Assembly: GCA_035269575.1 (NCBI GenBank)
Contig: DATFIZ010000108.1
Coordinates: 370-64,369, forward strand
Length of the DNA: 64,000 nt
Origin: Bacteroidales bacterium
Lineage (GTDB): Bacteria; Bacteroidota; Bacteroidia; Bacteroidales; UBA12077
Direction of reading: 5' to 3'
The notes beneath the pieces were generated by a model. The model saw only the letters and a program-made list of their open reading frames with translations. It was not told the origin of the DNA and made no database searches. Position numbers and translations under genes: made by a program. Position 1 is the stretch's first letter, and every line of letters starts with the position of its first letter. This document shows, piece by piece, positions 11,013-20,129 of this stretch.

Positions 11013-11369
11013 TTATAATTTTTCTAAGGATTGTTTCTGAGCTTTCGTAAGCTTATCAACAACAAGCCGGTATGATTCATCAATCCACTGGTAAATTTGA
11101 TTATCGGGAATATCCCCCTGAATTAAAATGGTATTCCAGTGTTTTTTATGCATGTGGTATCCCGGCAAAACACTTCCGGAAAATTGCTCCCTCAACTGAA
11201 GGGCCTTTTCAGGTTCGCACTTGAGGTTCATACGAAAATCTTCTTCCGTATCCGTTAAGGCAAACATTTTACCCATTACTTTATATACAAGCGTTGTTTC
11301 GTCAAAAGGCAGTTCTTCGCTAACTCCTTTTTTATGTAAGCAATAATTCCTGAAATCTTCGATGTTCAT
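11013..11369 (-). CDS. MmcQ/YjbR family DNA-binding protein
   Basis: 118 aa. The N-terminus FRNYCLHKKGVSEELPFDETTLVYKVMGKMFAL matches the YjbR-family pattern. It overlaps the upstream yraN-like gene by 4 bp (ATGA). Confidence 0.75.
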   Translation of the reverse strand: MNIEDFRNYCLHKKGVSEELPFDETTLVYKVMGKMFALTDTEEDFRMNLKCEPEKALQLREQFSGSVLPGYHMHKKHWNTILIQGDIPDNQIYQWIDESYRLVVDKLTKAQKQSLEKL

Positions 11370-11773
11370 AACAGCAAACTGGGTTGAAAAGCATCCTGAA
11401 TATGTTCAATATTTATTTGTTGATTGATAATGGTTACAGCAATAATATCAAATCTCACTTCCCATTCAATATTTTTTTCCTGAACATAAGCATCGGCAGA
11501 CAGAATAATAAATCTTTGTTTTTTCCTGGTAACCGCTTCTTTGGGATTTTCGAAATATTCGCTGGTGCGCGTTTTAACTTCCACAACCACCAATAGGTTA
11601 TCTTTTTCGGCGATAATATCTACTTCGTTTTTTCTAAACCGCCAGTTCGTTTCCTTAATAATATACTGATTTGATTTTAAATATTTTAATGCTATCTCCT
11701 CTCCTTTTTTCCCTAATTTATTATGATCTGCCATAATTTTATTTATTTTTGCTTTTTTAAAACGAGAGATCAA
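11366..11773 (-). CDS. YraN family (UPF0102) endonuclease-like protein
   Basis: 135 aa with GKKGEEIALKYL...EVDIIA...LVVVEVKTR, a PD-(D/E)xK-like core. Confidence 0.8.
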   Translation of the reverse strand: MISRFKKAKINKIMADHNKLGKKGEEIALKYLKSNQYIIKETNWRFRKNEVDIIAEKDNLLVVVEVKTRTSEYFENPKEAVTRKKQRFIILSADAYVQEKNIEWEVRFDIIAVTIINQQINIEHIQDAFQPSLLL

Positions 11774-11836
11774 TCAATATCTACGTCAAACAATCGTTAA
11801 CTTTATTTATCCTTAAAGATAAATTATTTTAAGCAA

Positions 11837-12475
11837 ATGATAAATTTTCTTTTAGGTTTAATTTTATTTGTTGCCGCACCAGAAAAGGAGGATTCCTGCT
11901 TTTTTGAGGGAAGAATTGATCTGGTAGAGAAATCATACTATGATACGACCTACTATACCTATTTAATTAAAGACAAAAAATTAAGGGTAAATAAATTTGA
12001 TCATCATTATAAGCTTCTTCAGTCCATCCTTGTAAATATAGAAAATGAGCAGGTTGTTATCTTAAGTCCATCCAAAAAACTTTTTTCCTATCTTGATATT
12101 AATCCGCCCCGGGAAACATATGATAAAAATTTTACCGTAAAGAAAACATATAACAGCCGTCAGGTTGAAGGAAAAGAATGCTACCAGTGGAGAGTAAAAA
12201 ATAAAAACAGGAATACCGAAGTAGCCTTTTGGGTTTCTGAAGAAAACCACTTTGTCTGTTTTCCTGATTTTATTAAACGAATAAACTGTACCGAACGAAC
12301 GTTTAGCTTTTTTGAAATAATCCCTGATACACAGGGTTTTTTCCCAATGCTTACCGTTGAAAGAACATTACTAAGAAAAGAAAAAAAACGTATCGTTATC
12401 ACAAAAATAAACCACCAAAAAATTGATAACAAGACGTTTGAAATACCTCATGATTTTGAGGAAGTAAAAAACTAA
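11837..12475 (+). CDS. Hypothetical protein with weak N-terminal hydrophobic segment
   Basis: 212-aa ORF in a gap not otherwise occupied. No motif I can name with confidence. Its stop overlaps the stop of the convergent gene. Confidence 0.5.
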   Translation: MINFLLGLILFVAAPEKEDSCFFEGRIDLVEKSYYDTTYYTYLIKDKKLRVNKFDHHYKLLQSILVNIENEQVVILSPSKKLFSYLDINPPRETYDKNFTVKKTYNSRQVEGKECYQWRVKNKNRNTEVAFWVSEENHFVCFPDFIKRINCTERTFSFFEIIPDTQGFFPMLTVERTLLRKEKKRIVITKINHQKIDNKTFEIPHDFEEVKN

Positions 12476-13380
12476 CCCAAAAATTTCATCCTCGCACCTT
12501 CTCCTGTTACTTTTAATTCTACGGTTGCACCCAAAACCACCGCTAAATTATCGGGAATATGCCCTGCCGGAAAATTATAACAAACCGGATAGTGATATTC
12601 AGCCACAGCTTCCTGAATTATTTCATACGCTGTTTTTCCATAAGCAACGGTATTGTCATTCATTCCGGTCATTCCTCCAATGATTAATCCTTTAAGGTTT
12701 TCCAGCTTTCCGCTATACTTTAAGTTCATCATCATACGGTCGATATGATAAAGATACTCATCCAGATCCTCTATAAATAAAATTTTTCCTTTCATATGGA
12801 TGTCATATATAGTCCCGGATATACTGTATAATACAGACAGGTTTCCGCCCACAAGCTTCCCGGTTACCTCCCCTTTCCGGTTAAATGGGTGTGAAGAAAC
12901 AACATACTCTCCATGATTGCCCCAAAGTGCTTTTTTTAATGTTTTTATTGCCCTGTTCGGAATGCTGTTCGGGGGAAAGTTTAAGGGCATAATTCCATGA
13001 ATAGATTTTACCCCCAGATTTTGATTCAGTTGAGCATGCAGGGCTGTTATATCACTATAACCAATAATCCATTTAGGATTTTTTATAAACCGGGAGAAGT
13101 CGAGATGAGGGAGCGTTTTTATCGTACCATATCCCCCACGGGCACAGATAATCGCTTTTATATTGGGATCGTCAAGCATAAATTGTAAATCATTGGCTCG
13201 CTCTTTATCTGTGCCTGCAAACTGCCGTTCCTGGTTAAAAAGATTTTTCCCAAAAACAATATACAGTCCCCATTGTTCAAAAATTTTTACGGCTGCTTCA
13301 ATATCCCTTTTTTCAATTTTACGGGCCGGAGCAACGATTCCAATGGTATCGCCTGGTTTTAAGTTGGGAGGAGTAATCAT
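12472..13380 (-). CDS. LD-carboxypeptidase (peptidase S66, muramoyltetrapeptide carboxypeptidase-like)
   Basis: 302 aa with the S66 nucleophile context IIGYSDITALH and C-terminal FPAGH. Confidence 0.85.
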   Translation of the reverse strand: MITPPNLKPGDTIGIVAPARKIEKRDIEAAVKIFEQWGLYIVFGKNLFNQERQFAGTDKERANDLQFMLDDPNIKAIICARGGYGTIKTLPHLDFSRFIKNPKWIIGYSDITALHAQLNQNLGVKSIHGIMPLNFPPNSIPNRAIKTLKKALWGNHGEYVVSSHPFNRKGEVTGKLVGGNLSVLYSISGTIYDIHMKGKILFIEDLDEYLYHIDRMMMNLKYSGKLENLKGLIIGGMTGMNDNTVAYGKTAYEIIQEAVAEYHYPVCYNFPAGHIPDNLAVVLGATVELKVTGEGARMKFLG

Positions 13381-13493
13381 CGCCTGTCGTTTTTATTCCT
13401 TGTAAAACTAAATAATATTTATTTGATGAAAAAAAATATTCCTTCGTATATTTGTCGGGTATTTTAAAAATCGCCTTAAATCTTTTATTTGAC

Positions 13494-15542
13494 ATGAAAA
13501 ATCCGAAACGCTATTTAATTACATCCGCCTTACCTTACGCAAACGGTCCTTTACATTTGGGACATATAGCCGGCGCCTACCTGCCTGCCGATATTTATGT
13601 ACGCTACCTTAAATTAAAAGGCAAAGAGGTGGCTTTTATTTGTGGTTCCGACGAACATGGGGTTCCTATTACCTTGCGTGCCCGAAAAGAAGGTGTTACA
13701 CCACAGGATATTGTCGATAAATATCATGAAATGATAAAAAAGGCTTTTACTGAGTTTGGTATTGACTTCGACATTTATCATCGTACCTCCTCTAAATTAC
13801 ATCACGAAACAGCATCGGATTTTTTCAAAACCATGTACGACAAAGGCGAGTTTATTGAAAAAGAAGAAGAACAATACTTCGACGAAAAAGAACAACAGTT
13901 TTTAGCCGACCGCTATATTATCGGAACCTGTCCAAAATGCGGATATGAAGAAGCGTATGGTGATCAGTGTGAAAAATGCGGATCCAGCTTAAGCCCTAAA
14001 GAATTAGAAAATCCAAAATCACGATTAAGCGGAAATTCACCCATATTAAGAAAGACCAAACACTGGTACTTACCGCTGGATAAATACCAGAATGAATGGC
14101 TGGAAGAGTGGATCGACAGCCATAAAAAAGACTGGAAATCAAATGTTTACGGACAGTGCAAATCGTGGTTGAATGGCGGTTTGCAGCCACGTGCGGTAAC
14201 CCGCGACCTGGACTGGGGTGTTCCTGTGCCGGTTGAAGGGTCAGAAGGTAAAGTGCTATATGTTTGGTTTGATGCACCTATCGGATATATTTCAGCTACC
14301 AAAGCATGGGCAGAGGAAAACAACAAAAACTGGAAAGATTACTGGCAAAGTGATGATTCACGGTTAATTCACTTTATCGGTAAAGATAATATTGTTTTTC
14401 ACTGCCTTATTTTCCCATCGATGCTTAAAGCCCATGGCGATTATATTTTACCTGATAACGTACCGGCCAACGAATTTTTGAATCTGGAAGGAGACAAACT
14501 TTCCACCTCGCGAAACTGGGCAGTTTGGATTCATGAATATTTGCAGGATTTCCCCGGCAAACAGGATGTTTTAAGATATACCATTTGCGCCAATTCGCCG
14601 GAACAAAAGGACAACGATTTTACGTGGAAAGATTTTCAGAACAGAAATAACAACGAGCTGGTTGCCATTTTAGGAAATTTTATAAACAGAACGTTGGTGC
14701 TTACCCATAAGTATTATGGCGGTAGTGTTCCCGAAAGAGGTTCGTTAACGGGTTTTGATAAAGACACATTAGCCGAAATGGCGGTTATCCAAAAAAATCT
14801 GGAAAAGAGTATCGAAAGTTTCCGCTTCCGTGAAGCGGTTAAAATAGCTATGGACTTATCTCGTTTAGGCAATAAATATTTAGCGGACACGGAGCCCTGG
14901 AAAGTTATTAAAACAGATGAGGAACGCGTAAAAACCATTATGAATATCTCTATTCAAATTTCGGCGGCCCTATCCATCATTATTGAACCCTTTTTACCTT
15001 TTACTGCGGATAAACTGCGTAAATTCCTTAATATTAGTAAGCTTACCTGGGATTTAGCCGGTAGCGACAGTATTATTGAAGCAGGGCATACGATTAATAA
15101 AGCCAAACTTTTATTCGATAAAATTGAGGATGAAGCTATAGAAAAACAAATACAAAAACTCATGGACTCAAAAAAAGCAAACCTGGAAGAGCAACAACAG
15201 GCTGAACCAGCCAAAGAAAATATTACGTTCGACGATTTTGTAAAAATGGATATTCGGGTTGGTACGATTTTAGAAGCCGAGCGTGTACCCAAAACCGATA
15301 AACTGATTAAGCTTAAAATTGATACCGGAATAGATCAACGAACCGTAGTTTCAGGTATTGCTGTGGATCATAAACCCGAAGATATTATTGGAAAACAGGT
15401 AAGTATCCTGGTTAATCTTCAGCCCCGCAAAATTCGTGGTATCGAGTCGCAGGGAATGATTTTAATGGCCGAAGATGCCAGTGGTAAACTGGTTTTTGCC
15501 GTCCCCGAAGAAAAAACAAGCAACGGAGCGAGTATAAAATAG
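13494..15542 (+). CDS. metG: Methionine--tRNA ligase with C-terminal tRNA-binding (EMAP/Trbp111-like) domain
   Basis: HLGH motif, Zn-knuckle CPKCG...CEKCG and a KLSTS KMSKS-variant. The listed ORF start at 13452 is a TTG. I prefer the ATG at 13494 ([18 protein letters not shown]). Confidence 0.95.
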   Translation: MKNPKRYLITSALPYANGPLHLGHIAGAYLPADIYVRYLKLKGKEVAFICGSDEHGVPITLRARKEGVTPQDIVDKYHEMIKKAFTEFGIDFDIYHRTSSKLHHETASDFFKTMYDKGEFIEKEEEQYFDEKEQQFLADRYIIGTCPKCGYEEAYGDQCEKCGSSLSPKELENPKSRLSGNSPILRKTKHWYLPLDKYQNEWLEEWIDSHKKDWKSNVYGQCKSWLNGGLQPRAVTRDLDWGVPVPVEGSEGKVLYVWFDAPIGYISATKAWAEENNKNWKDYWQSDDSRLIHFIGKDNIVFHCLIFPSMLKAHGDYILPDNVPANEFLNLEGDKLSTSRNWAVWIHEYLQDFPGKQDVLRYTICANSPEQKDNDFTWKDFQNRNNNELVAILGNFINRTLVLTHKYYGGSVPERGSLTGFDKDTLAEMAVIQKNLEKSIESFRFREAVKIAMDLSRLGNKYLADTEPWKVIKTDEERVKTIMNISIQISAALSIIIEPFLPFTADKLRKFLNISKLTWDLAGSDSIIEAGHTINKAKLLFDKIEDEAIEKQIQKLMDSKKANLEEQQQAEPAKENITFDDFVKMDIRVGTILEAERVPKTDKLIKLKIDTGIDQRTVVSGIAVDHKPEDIIGKQVSILVNLQPRKIRGIESQGMILMAEDASGKLVFAVPEEKTSNGASIK

Positions 15543-15548
15543 TTTTTT

Positions 15549-15609
15549 AGTTCTGAGTTTAGAGTTCTCCGTTTTGTGGGGCTTTATTTGAAACTTTGAA
15601 CTCAGAACT
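15549..15609. terminator. 11-bp perfect inverted repeat between convergent metG and ispG
   Basis: agttctgagtt (15549-15559) pairs with aactcagaact (15599-15609) across a 39-nt spacer. T-rich sequence flanks the 5' side. Confidence 0.45.
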
Positions 15610-15615
15610 GAATAA

Positions 15616-17481
15616 CTATATCCAGTCTCCACAATCTTTAATCAGCCGGATTAATTCATCCACCGCATTTTCTTCGGGTATATTTTTTTTGATTACTTTT
15701 TTATTTTTATATAACGTAATTTTTCCGGGACCGGCGCCAACATATCCATAATCGGCATCTGCCATTTCACCCGGTCCATTGACAATACATCCCATAATAC
15801 CAATTTTAAGATTCTTTAAATGCGAAGTGCGTTCTCTTATTGCTTTGGTCGTTTTTTGCAAATCAAACAATGTGCGCCCACATCCCGGACAGGAAATATA
15901 TTCCGTTTTAGAAATACGAATCCTGGAAGCTTGTAAAATGCCAAAGGCAGTATTGATTATATCCTGATGAGGAATTTCCCCTTTGTTTTCAATCCAAATA
16001 CCATCACCCATGCCATCCAGATATAAACCCCCAAAATCACTGGCAGATTTTAGCTGCAAATCCTCCAGCATATTTTCCATGTAGGTTCGTTTAATAATCA
16101 CAGGCACCCGGCACTCACCATTCATCAACTTAAAAAAAGCAGCCCGCTGGTCGGCAAAACCATTGGGGTGTCTGGTCACTAAAATAATGACAACATCTTT
16201 GCGGTTGCTTATTTTATTCAGATAATCAGGGTTGATGTTTTTATTGGAAACATTGATAAAATTGAGTATTTCTGATTTTTTTTCCGACAAGAGATAATTG
16301 TTAACCGAAGAATATAATGGAAAAACATGGCTGGTATCAAACTCCTGCTGCTCCCATGCTCTTTCATCAATAATATACTTTTGCTGAGTGTTTAGGGTTT
16401 TACCAACTAACTTATGGCCTAAATAAATATATTCGGGCTTCCTGTCGTTTTTGCTTTCGGCTTCTGAAATAACTGCTGTAGGATAATTTCCTCCAATATC
16501 AACTACCGCATGGGTGTCATATTTTTTATAATCAAAAAAATCAATGGGGATGGGAAAAACCGGTTTAACCGGAGGATGATTTTCCCTTTCAGTAAAATAA
16601 CCCGCCAGCTTTTGGGCTACCGGAATTTCATCTTCAGGAGGTTCGGTTAATGAAACCCGGATGGTATCACCAATTCCGTCGGCAAGCAACGTCCCAATAC
16701 CCACGGCTGATTTTATACGTCCTTCTTCGCCTTCACCGGCCTCAGTTACTCCAAGGTGCAATGGAAAGTTCAAACCCTCATTTTCCATCCGGGCAATCAT
16801 TAGCCGGTTAGCCTGTACCATTATCCGCGTATTGCTTGATTTAAGTGAAATAACAATGTTTCTAAAATCATGTTGCACACAAATCCGCAGCATTTCCATG
16901 GCCGATTCAACCATCCCTTCCGGCGTATCGCCATAGCGACTCATCATCCTGTCGGATAGCGAGCCATGGTTAACGCCTATTCTTAATGCCGTTTGGTGCT
17001 GTTTACATATCTCCAGTAAAGGAACCAGCTGATGCTCAATTTTTTTAATTCCTGATTTGTATTCTTCGTCGGTAAAATCAACTTTCGTAAAATTGGCTCG
17101 CTTATCTACAAAATTACCGGGATTAATACGTACTTTTTCCACCACTTTAGCTGCTGTAAATGCTGCTTTTGGATTAAAATGAATATCGGCTGCCAGTGGT
17201 GTAGAAAAACCGGCATCCCGTATTCCTTTTTTTATATTTTCAAGATTTTCTGCTTCACGGATGCCTTGTGCAGTAATTCTTACGAATTCTCCACCGGCCT
17301 TAATTATTCGTAGCGACTGCGCTATTGTTTCGTCAGTTTTTAAAGTATTCGTACTTGTCATTGACTGAATACAAACAGGATTATTGCCACCTATTTTAAT
17401 ATTACCAACAGCAACTTCCAGCGTTAAACGCCTTTTAAAAGAAAATAAATTTTGAGTAAATCGTTTTTTTTTGTTTTTCAC
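15616..17481 (-). CDS. ispG: 4-hydroxy-3-methylbut-2-en-1-yl diphosphate synthase (long form with insertion domain)
   Basis: 621 aa with a GcpE TIM-barrel N-terminal region (IQSMT, RITAQG). The C-terminal 4Fe-4S region has CPGCGRT and GCIVNGPGE. An inserted roughly 250-aa domain is as seen in Bacteroidota and Chlamydiae. Confidence 0.95.
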   Translation of the reverse strand: MKNKKKRFTQNLFSFKRRLTLEVAVGNIKIGGNNPVCIQSMTSTNTLKTDETIAQSLRIIKAGGEFVRITAQGIREAENLENIKKGIRDAGFSTPLAADIHFNPKAAFTAAKVVEKVRINPGNFVDKRANFTKVDFTDEEYKSGIKKIEHQLVPLLEICKQHQTALRIGVNHGSLSDRMMSRYGDTPEGMVESAMEMLRICVQHDFRNIVISLKSSNTRIMVQANRLMIARMENEGLNFPLHLGVTEAGEGEEGRIKSAVGIGTLLADGIGDTIRVSLTEPPEDEIPVAQKLAGYFTERENHPPVKPVFPIPIDFFDYKKYDTHAVVDIGGNYPTAVISEAESKNDRKPEYIYLGHKLVGKTLNTQQKYIIDERAWEQQEFDTSHVFPLYSSVNNYLLSEKKSEILNFINVSNKNINPDYLNKISNRKDVVIILVTRHPNGFADQRAAFFKLMNGECRVPVIIKRTYMENMLEDLQLKSASDFGGLYLDGMGDGIWIENKGEIPHQDIINTAFGILQASRIRISKTEYISCPGCGRTLFDLQKTTKAIRERTSHLKNLKIGIMGCIVNGPGEMADADYGYVGAGPGKITLYKNKKVIKKNIPEENAVDELIRLIKDCGDWI

Positions 17482-17544
17482 CCTTTATAATCTTAGATAT
17501 TTAAAATGTTTCCCATGAAAACACAAAGGTAATCAATCAAAAAT

Positions 17545-17573
17545 AAACGGGCTATCCTTAACAGCCCGTTTTT
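17545..17573 (-). terminator. Intrinsic terminator after the triple-repeat lipoprotein gene
   Basis: 9-bp perfect stem aaacgggct/agcccgttt with a 9-nt loop. On the minus strand it is followed by atttttg. Confidence 0.65.
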
Positions 17574-17602
17574 ATACAACGATTATAATTTGGTAAAATT
17601 TT

Positions 17603-18745
17603 TTACTCTATTTTCAGCTTAAATAATTTTTTGGATTGATTATCATCCCAGGCATCGTGAATAACTATAATATATTCTTTCTCTTTTTCCACCTCAATTT
17701 CAGCCGGAAGTTTAGTCCATTTTAGTTCTGTAATATACTTCCCTTCCTGATCAGGGTTTTCTGATAACAATTTCATTTCAGGTTGAACGCCTTCATGATC
17801 CTTAACAAAAATCTTTACTCTATCGTTGGGGGCAACAAATTTAAAATAATCCACATCACCTTTGGGGAAAATCGCTATCTGGTGAGTTTCTCCAGGTTCT
17901 ATCATGTTGGCATTTTCGGGCGAATTATTTGGTTCAAAGGCATCAAACTCAGAAGTATAACTAACCTTAATATCAAATGGCTGAGGTTTCGCATTATCGT
18001 CCCAGGCATCATGCATTTCAATATAATATTCTCCGGAATCAGGTACAAAACATGCTTCTGGTATTTTTCCCCAACCTCTTATTATTTTTATTTGTGGATC
18101 TGACCATTCATCATAAATAGCAAACCGTACTTCTGGTTGAACAGCTTCAGGAACATTCTTTGCAGCTACTTCAAGATATCCCTGAGCAGGAACCTCAACC
18201 TTAAACCAATCTTTATCTCCCACAGGATAAATTCCTGCCAGAAACTGTTTGTCGAACGTAATTAATTGAGCTTCTTCGGCAGAGTTATTCGGTTCGGCAG
18301 GGTCAAATTCTTCCAAAAAATCAATTTTTACTAAAAATTCATCTTTAGAGGCATCATCATCCCATGCATCTTTTAAGGCCAAATAATAATCTCCCGGTTC
18401 CTGAACAAACAAAGCATCGGGAACAGGGCGCCAACCTCTTATCCGTTTGGCCTTTTTATTCTCCCACTCCTGATATTCAGCAAAACTCACCTCCAGCTGA
18501 ACTCCTTCAACCTTGTTAGCAGATTGTACTTGAATATATCCCTGTTTTTTTACATTTACTTTAAACCAATCTACATCTTTAACCGGATCTATGGTTAAAG
18601 AAAACTCTTCGCCAAATATTGCCTCCGAAGCTTCTTCGATGGTGTTATTCGGCTCATTATCTCCTGCCGGGTTCCCACAGGAGTACATCAATAATAAAAC
18701 CAAAAACAAAGCGTTGGCTATGTACTTTAAATATTTCATAATCAT
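17603..18745 (-). CDS. Lipoprotein made of three tandem PPC-like (pre-peptidase C-terminal-like) repeats
   Basis: 380 aa with lipobox LLMYSC (Cys23). The three units start at EPNN (residues 31, 151, 271) and share D(V/K)DWFKV and (K/H)DAWDD motifs. The first two units are exactly 120 aa long. Confidence 0.7.
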   Translation of the reverse strand: MIMKYLKYIANALFLVLLLMYSCGNPAGDNEPNNTIEEASEAIFGEEFSLTIDPVKDVDWFKVNVKKQGYIQVQSANKVEGVQLEVSFAEYQEWENKKAKRIRGWRPVPDALFVQEPGDYYLALKDAWDDDASKDEFLVKIDFLEEFDPAEPNNSAEEAQLITFDKQFLAGIYPVGDKDWFKVEVPAQGYLEVAAKNVPEAVQPEVRFAIYDEWSDPQIKIIRGWGKIPEACFVPDSGEYYIEMHDAWDDNAKPQPFDIKVSYTSEFDAFEPNNSPENANMIEPGETHQIAIFPKGDVDYFKFVAPNDRVKIFVKDHEGVQPEMKLLSENPDQEGKYITELKWTKLPAEIEVEKEKEYIIVIHDAWDDNQSKKLFKLKIE

Positions 18746-18966
18746 TAAATTTTAAGGGTTAATAATCAAAGATATTAAAAAGATTTTTTGAACACAATTA
18801 ATTAAATAGAATAGAGTTCTATTCAATAACGATATATTTTTACCCTTTTTCAGTAAAAAAAACAGTTAATATAAGCAGTAGATAGATAATCGTTGAATCT
18901 TTTCTGGTACTTTAAGGTTTGAAAATATAATTTCACTATTTTCGTATTCAATTTAAAAAGATATTT

Positions 18967-19878
18967 ATGTCGATTCAAGTTAAGGATTTAACTAAAATAT
19001 ACGGCGCACAAAAAGCCATTGACCAAATAAGTTTTGAGATAGAAACGGGCGAGATTGTTGGTTTTGTTGGCCCCAATGGAGCCGGTAAATCTACAACTAT
19101 GAAAATACTTACCGGCTTTATTCCTCCCACATCCGGCAATGCAAAAATTAATACCCTGGATTTAATCGAAAATTCGCTTGAAATCAGGAAACATATCGGT
19201 TATTTACCGGAAAACAATCCTCTTTACCCGGATATGTATGTAAAAGAATATCTTGAATTTGTTTCCGGAATATACCACCTGGGAAAGCAAACCCACGCAA
19301 GAATCCAGGAAATCATTGAACAAACAGGACTAACCATTGAACGGAAGAAAAAAATCGGAGCTTTATCAAAAGGTTATCGACAAAGGGTTGGTCTTGCACA
19401 GGCTTTAATTCACGATCCTGAAATATTAATTTTAGATGAACCCACATCCGGACTTGATCCCAATCAGATTATTGAAATCAGAAATTTAATTTCTGAACTG
19501 GGAAAAGAAAAAACAGTCCTGCTTTCTACGCATATTATGCAGGAAGTAGAAGCAATTTGTGATCGTATAATTATTATCAATAAGGGAGAAATTGTGGCAG
19601 ACGATTCTATCAAGTCTATCTATTCGCATACCATCGATCAATATATTACCATCGTTGTTGAATTTGATAAGGAACCCGATCAAAAACAACTTGAACAAAT
19701 TGAACAGGTGGATAAGGTTGCTAAAATTGATGGCAAAAACTGGCTGATTCAGAGCGCATCAAAAGAAGATATACGACAAAAAATATTTAATTTTGCCGTA
19801 AAATCTGAACTTGCAGTCCTTTCCATGCAGAAAAAAGAAAAAAGTCTGGAAGAAGTTTTTCATGAATTAACTCAATAA
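18967..19878 (+). CDS. gldA: ABC transporter ATP-binding protein, GldA-like
   Basis: 303 aa with Walker A GPNGAGKST, signature LSKGYRQR and Walker B ILILDEP. The N-terminus and length resemble gliding-motility GldA as I recall it. No gldF or gldG is adjacent. Confidence 0.55.
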   Translation: MSIQVKDLTKIYGAQKAIDQISFEIETGEIVGFVGPNGAGKSTTMKILTGFIPPTSGNAKINTLDLIENSLEIRKHIGYLPENNPLYPDMYVKEYLEFVSGIYHLGKQTHARIQEIIEQTGLTIERKKKIGALSKGYRQRVGLAQALIHDPEILILDEPTSGLDPNQIIEIRNLISELGKEKTVLLSTHIMQEVEAICDRIIIINKGEIVADDSIKSIYSHTIDQYITIVVEFDKEPDQKQLEQIEQVDKVAKIDGKNWLIQSASKEDIRQKIFNFAVKSELAVLSMQKKEKSLEEVFHELTQ

Positions 19879-20129
19879 TTTTTCTTCTCAATATTTATAA
19901 ATCATCCCAACTTTATTGTCCGCTCCTTTATTATTTTTGGTCGTTTATCAAAGTTTCATTGACTTTTATTTATACTTCCCTTACATTTAGTTTTTATCTT
20001 AGTGTTTTTTGTATAATAATTTATTGCCTTTGAATTAAACACCTTAATGATACCTGATATCTATTGTTGATTGATAGCTGTCGATTCGGATAATACTATT
20101 ACAACATATAGATATATAGAATAAAAGCG

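Noticed and set aside
13452-13493. N-terminal extensions in the ORF track: metG at 13452 (TTG), RsbW-like at 50545 (TTG), PPIase at 42405, rhodanese at 24156 and OMP at 23681.
   Set aside because: Downstream ATG codons give canonical N-termini (aaRS core, signal peptides, lipobox) and remove improbable overlaps. The extensions are therefore probably not translated.
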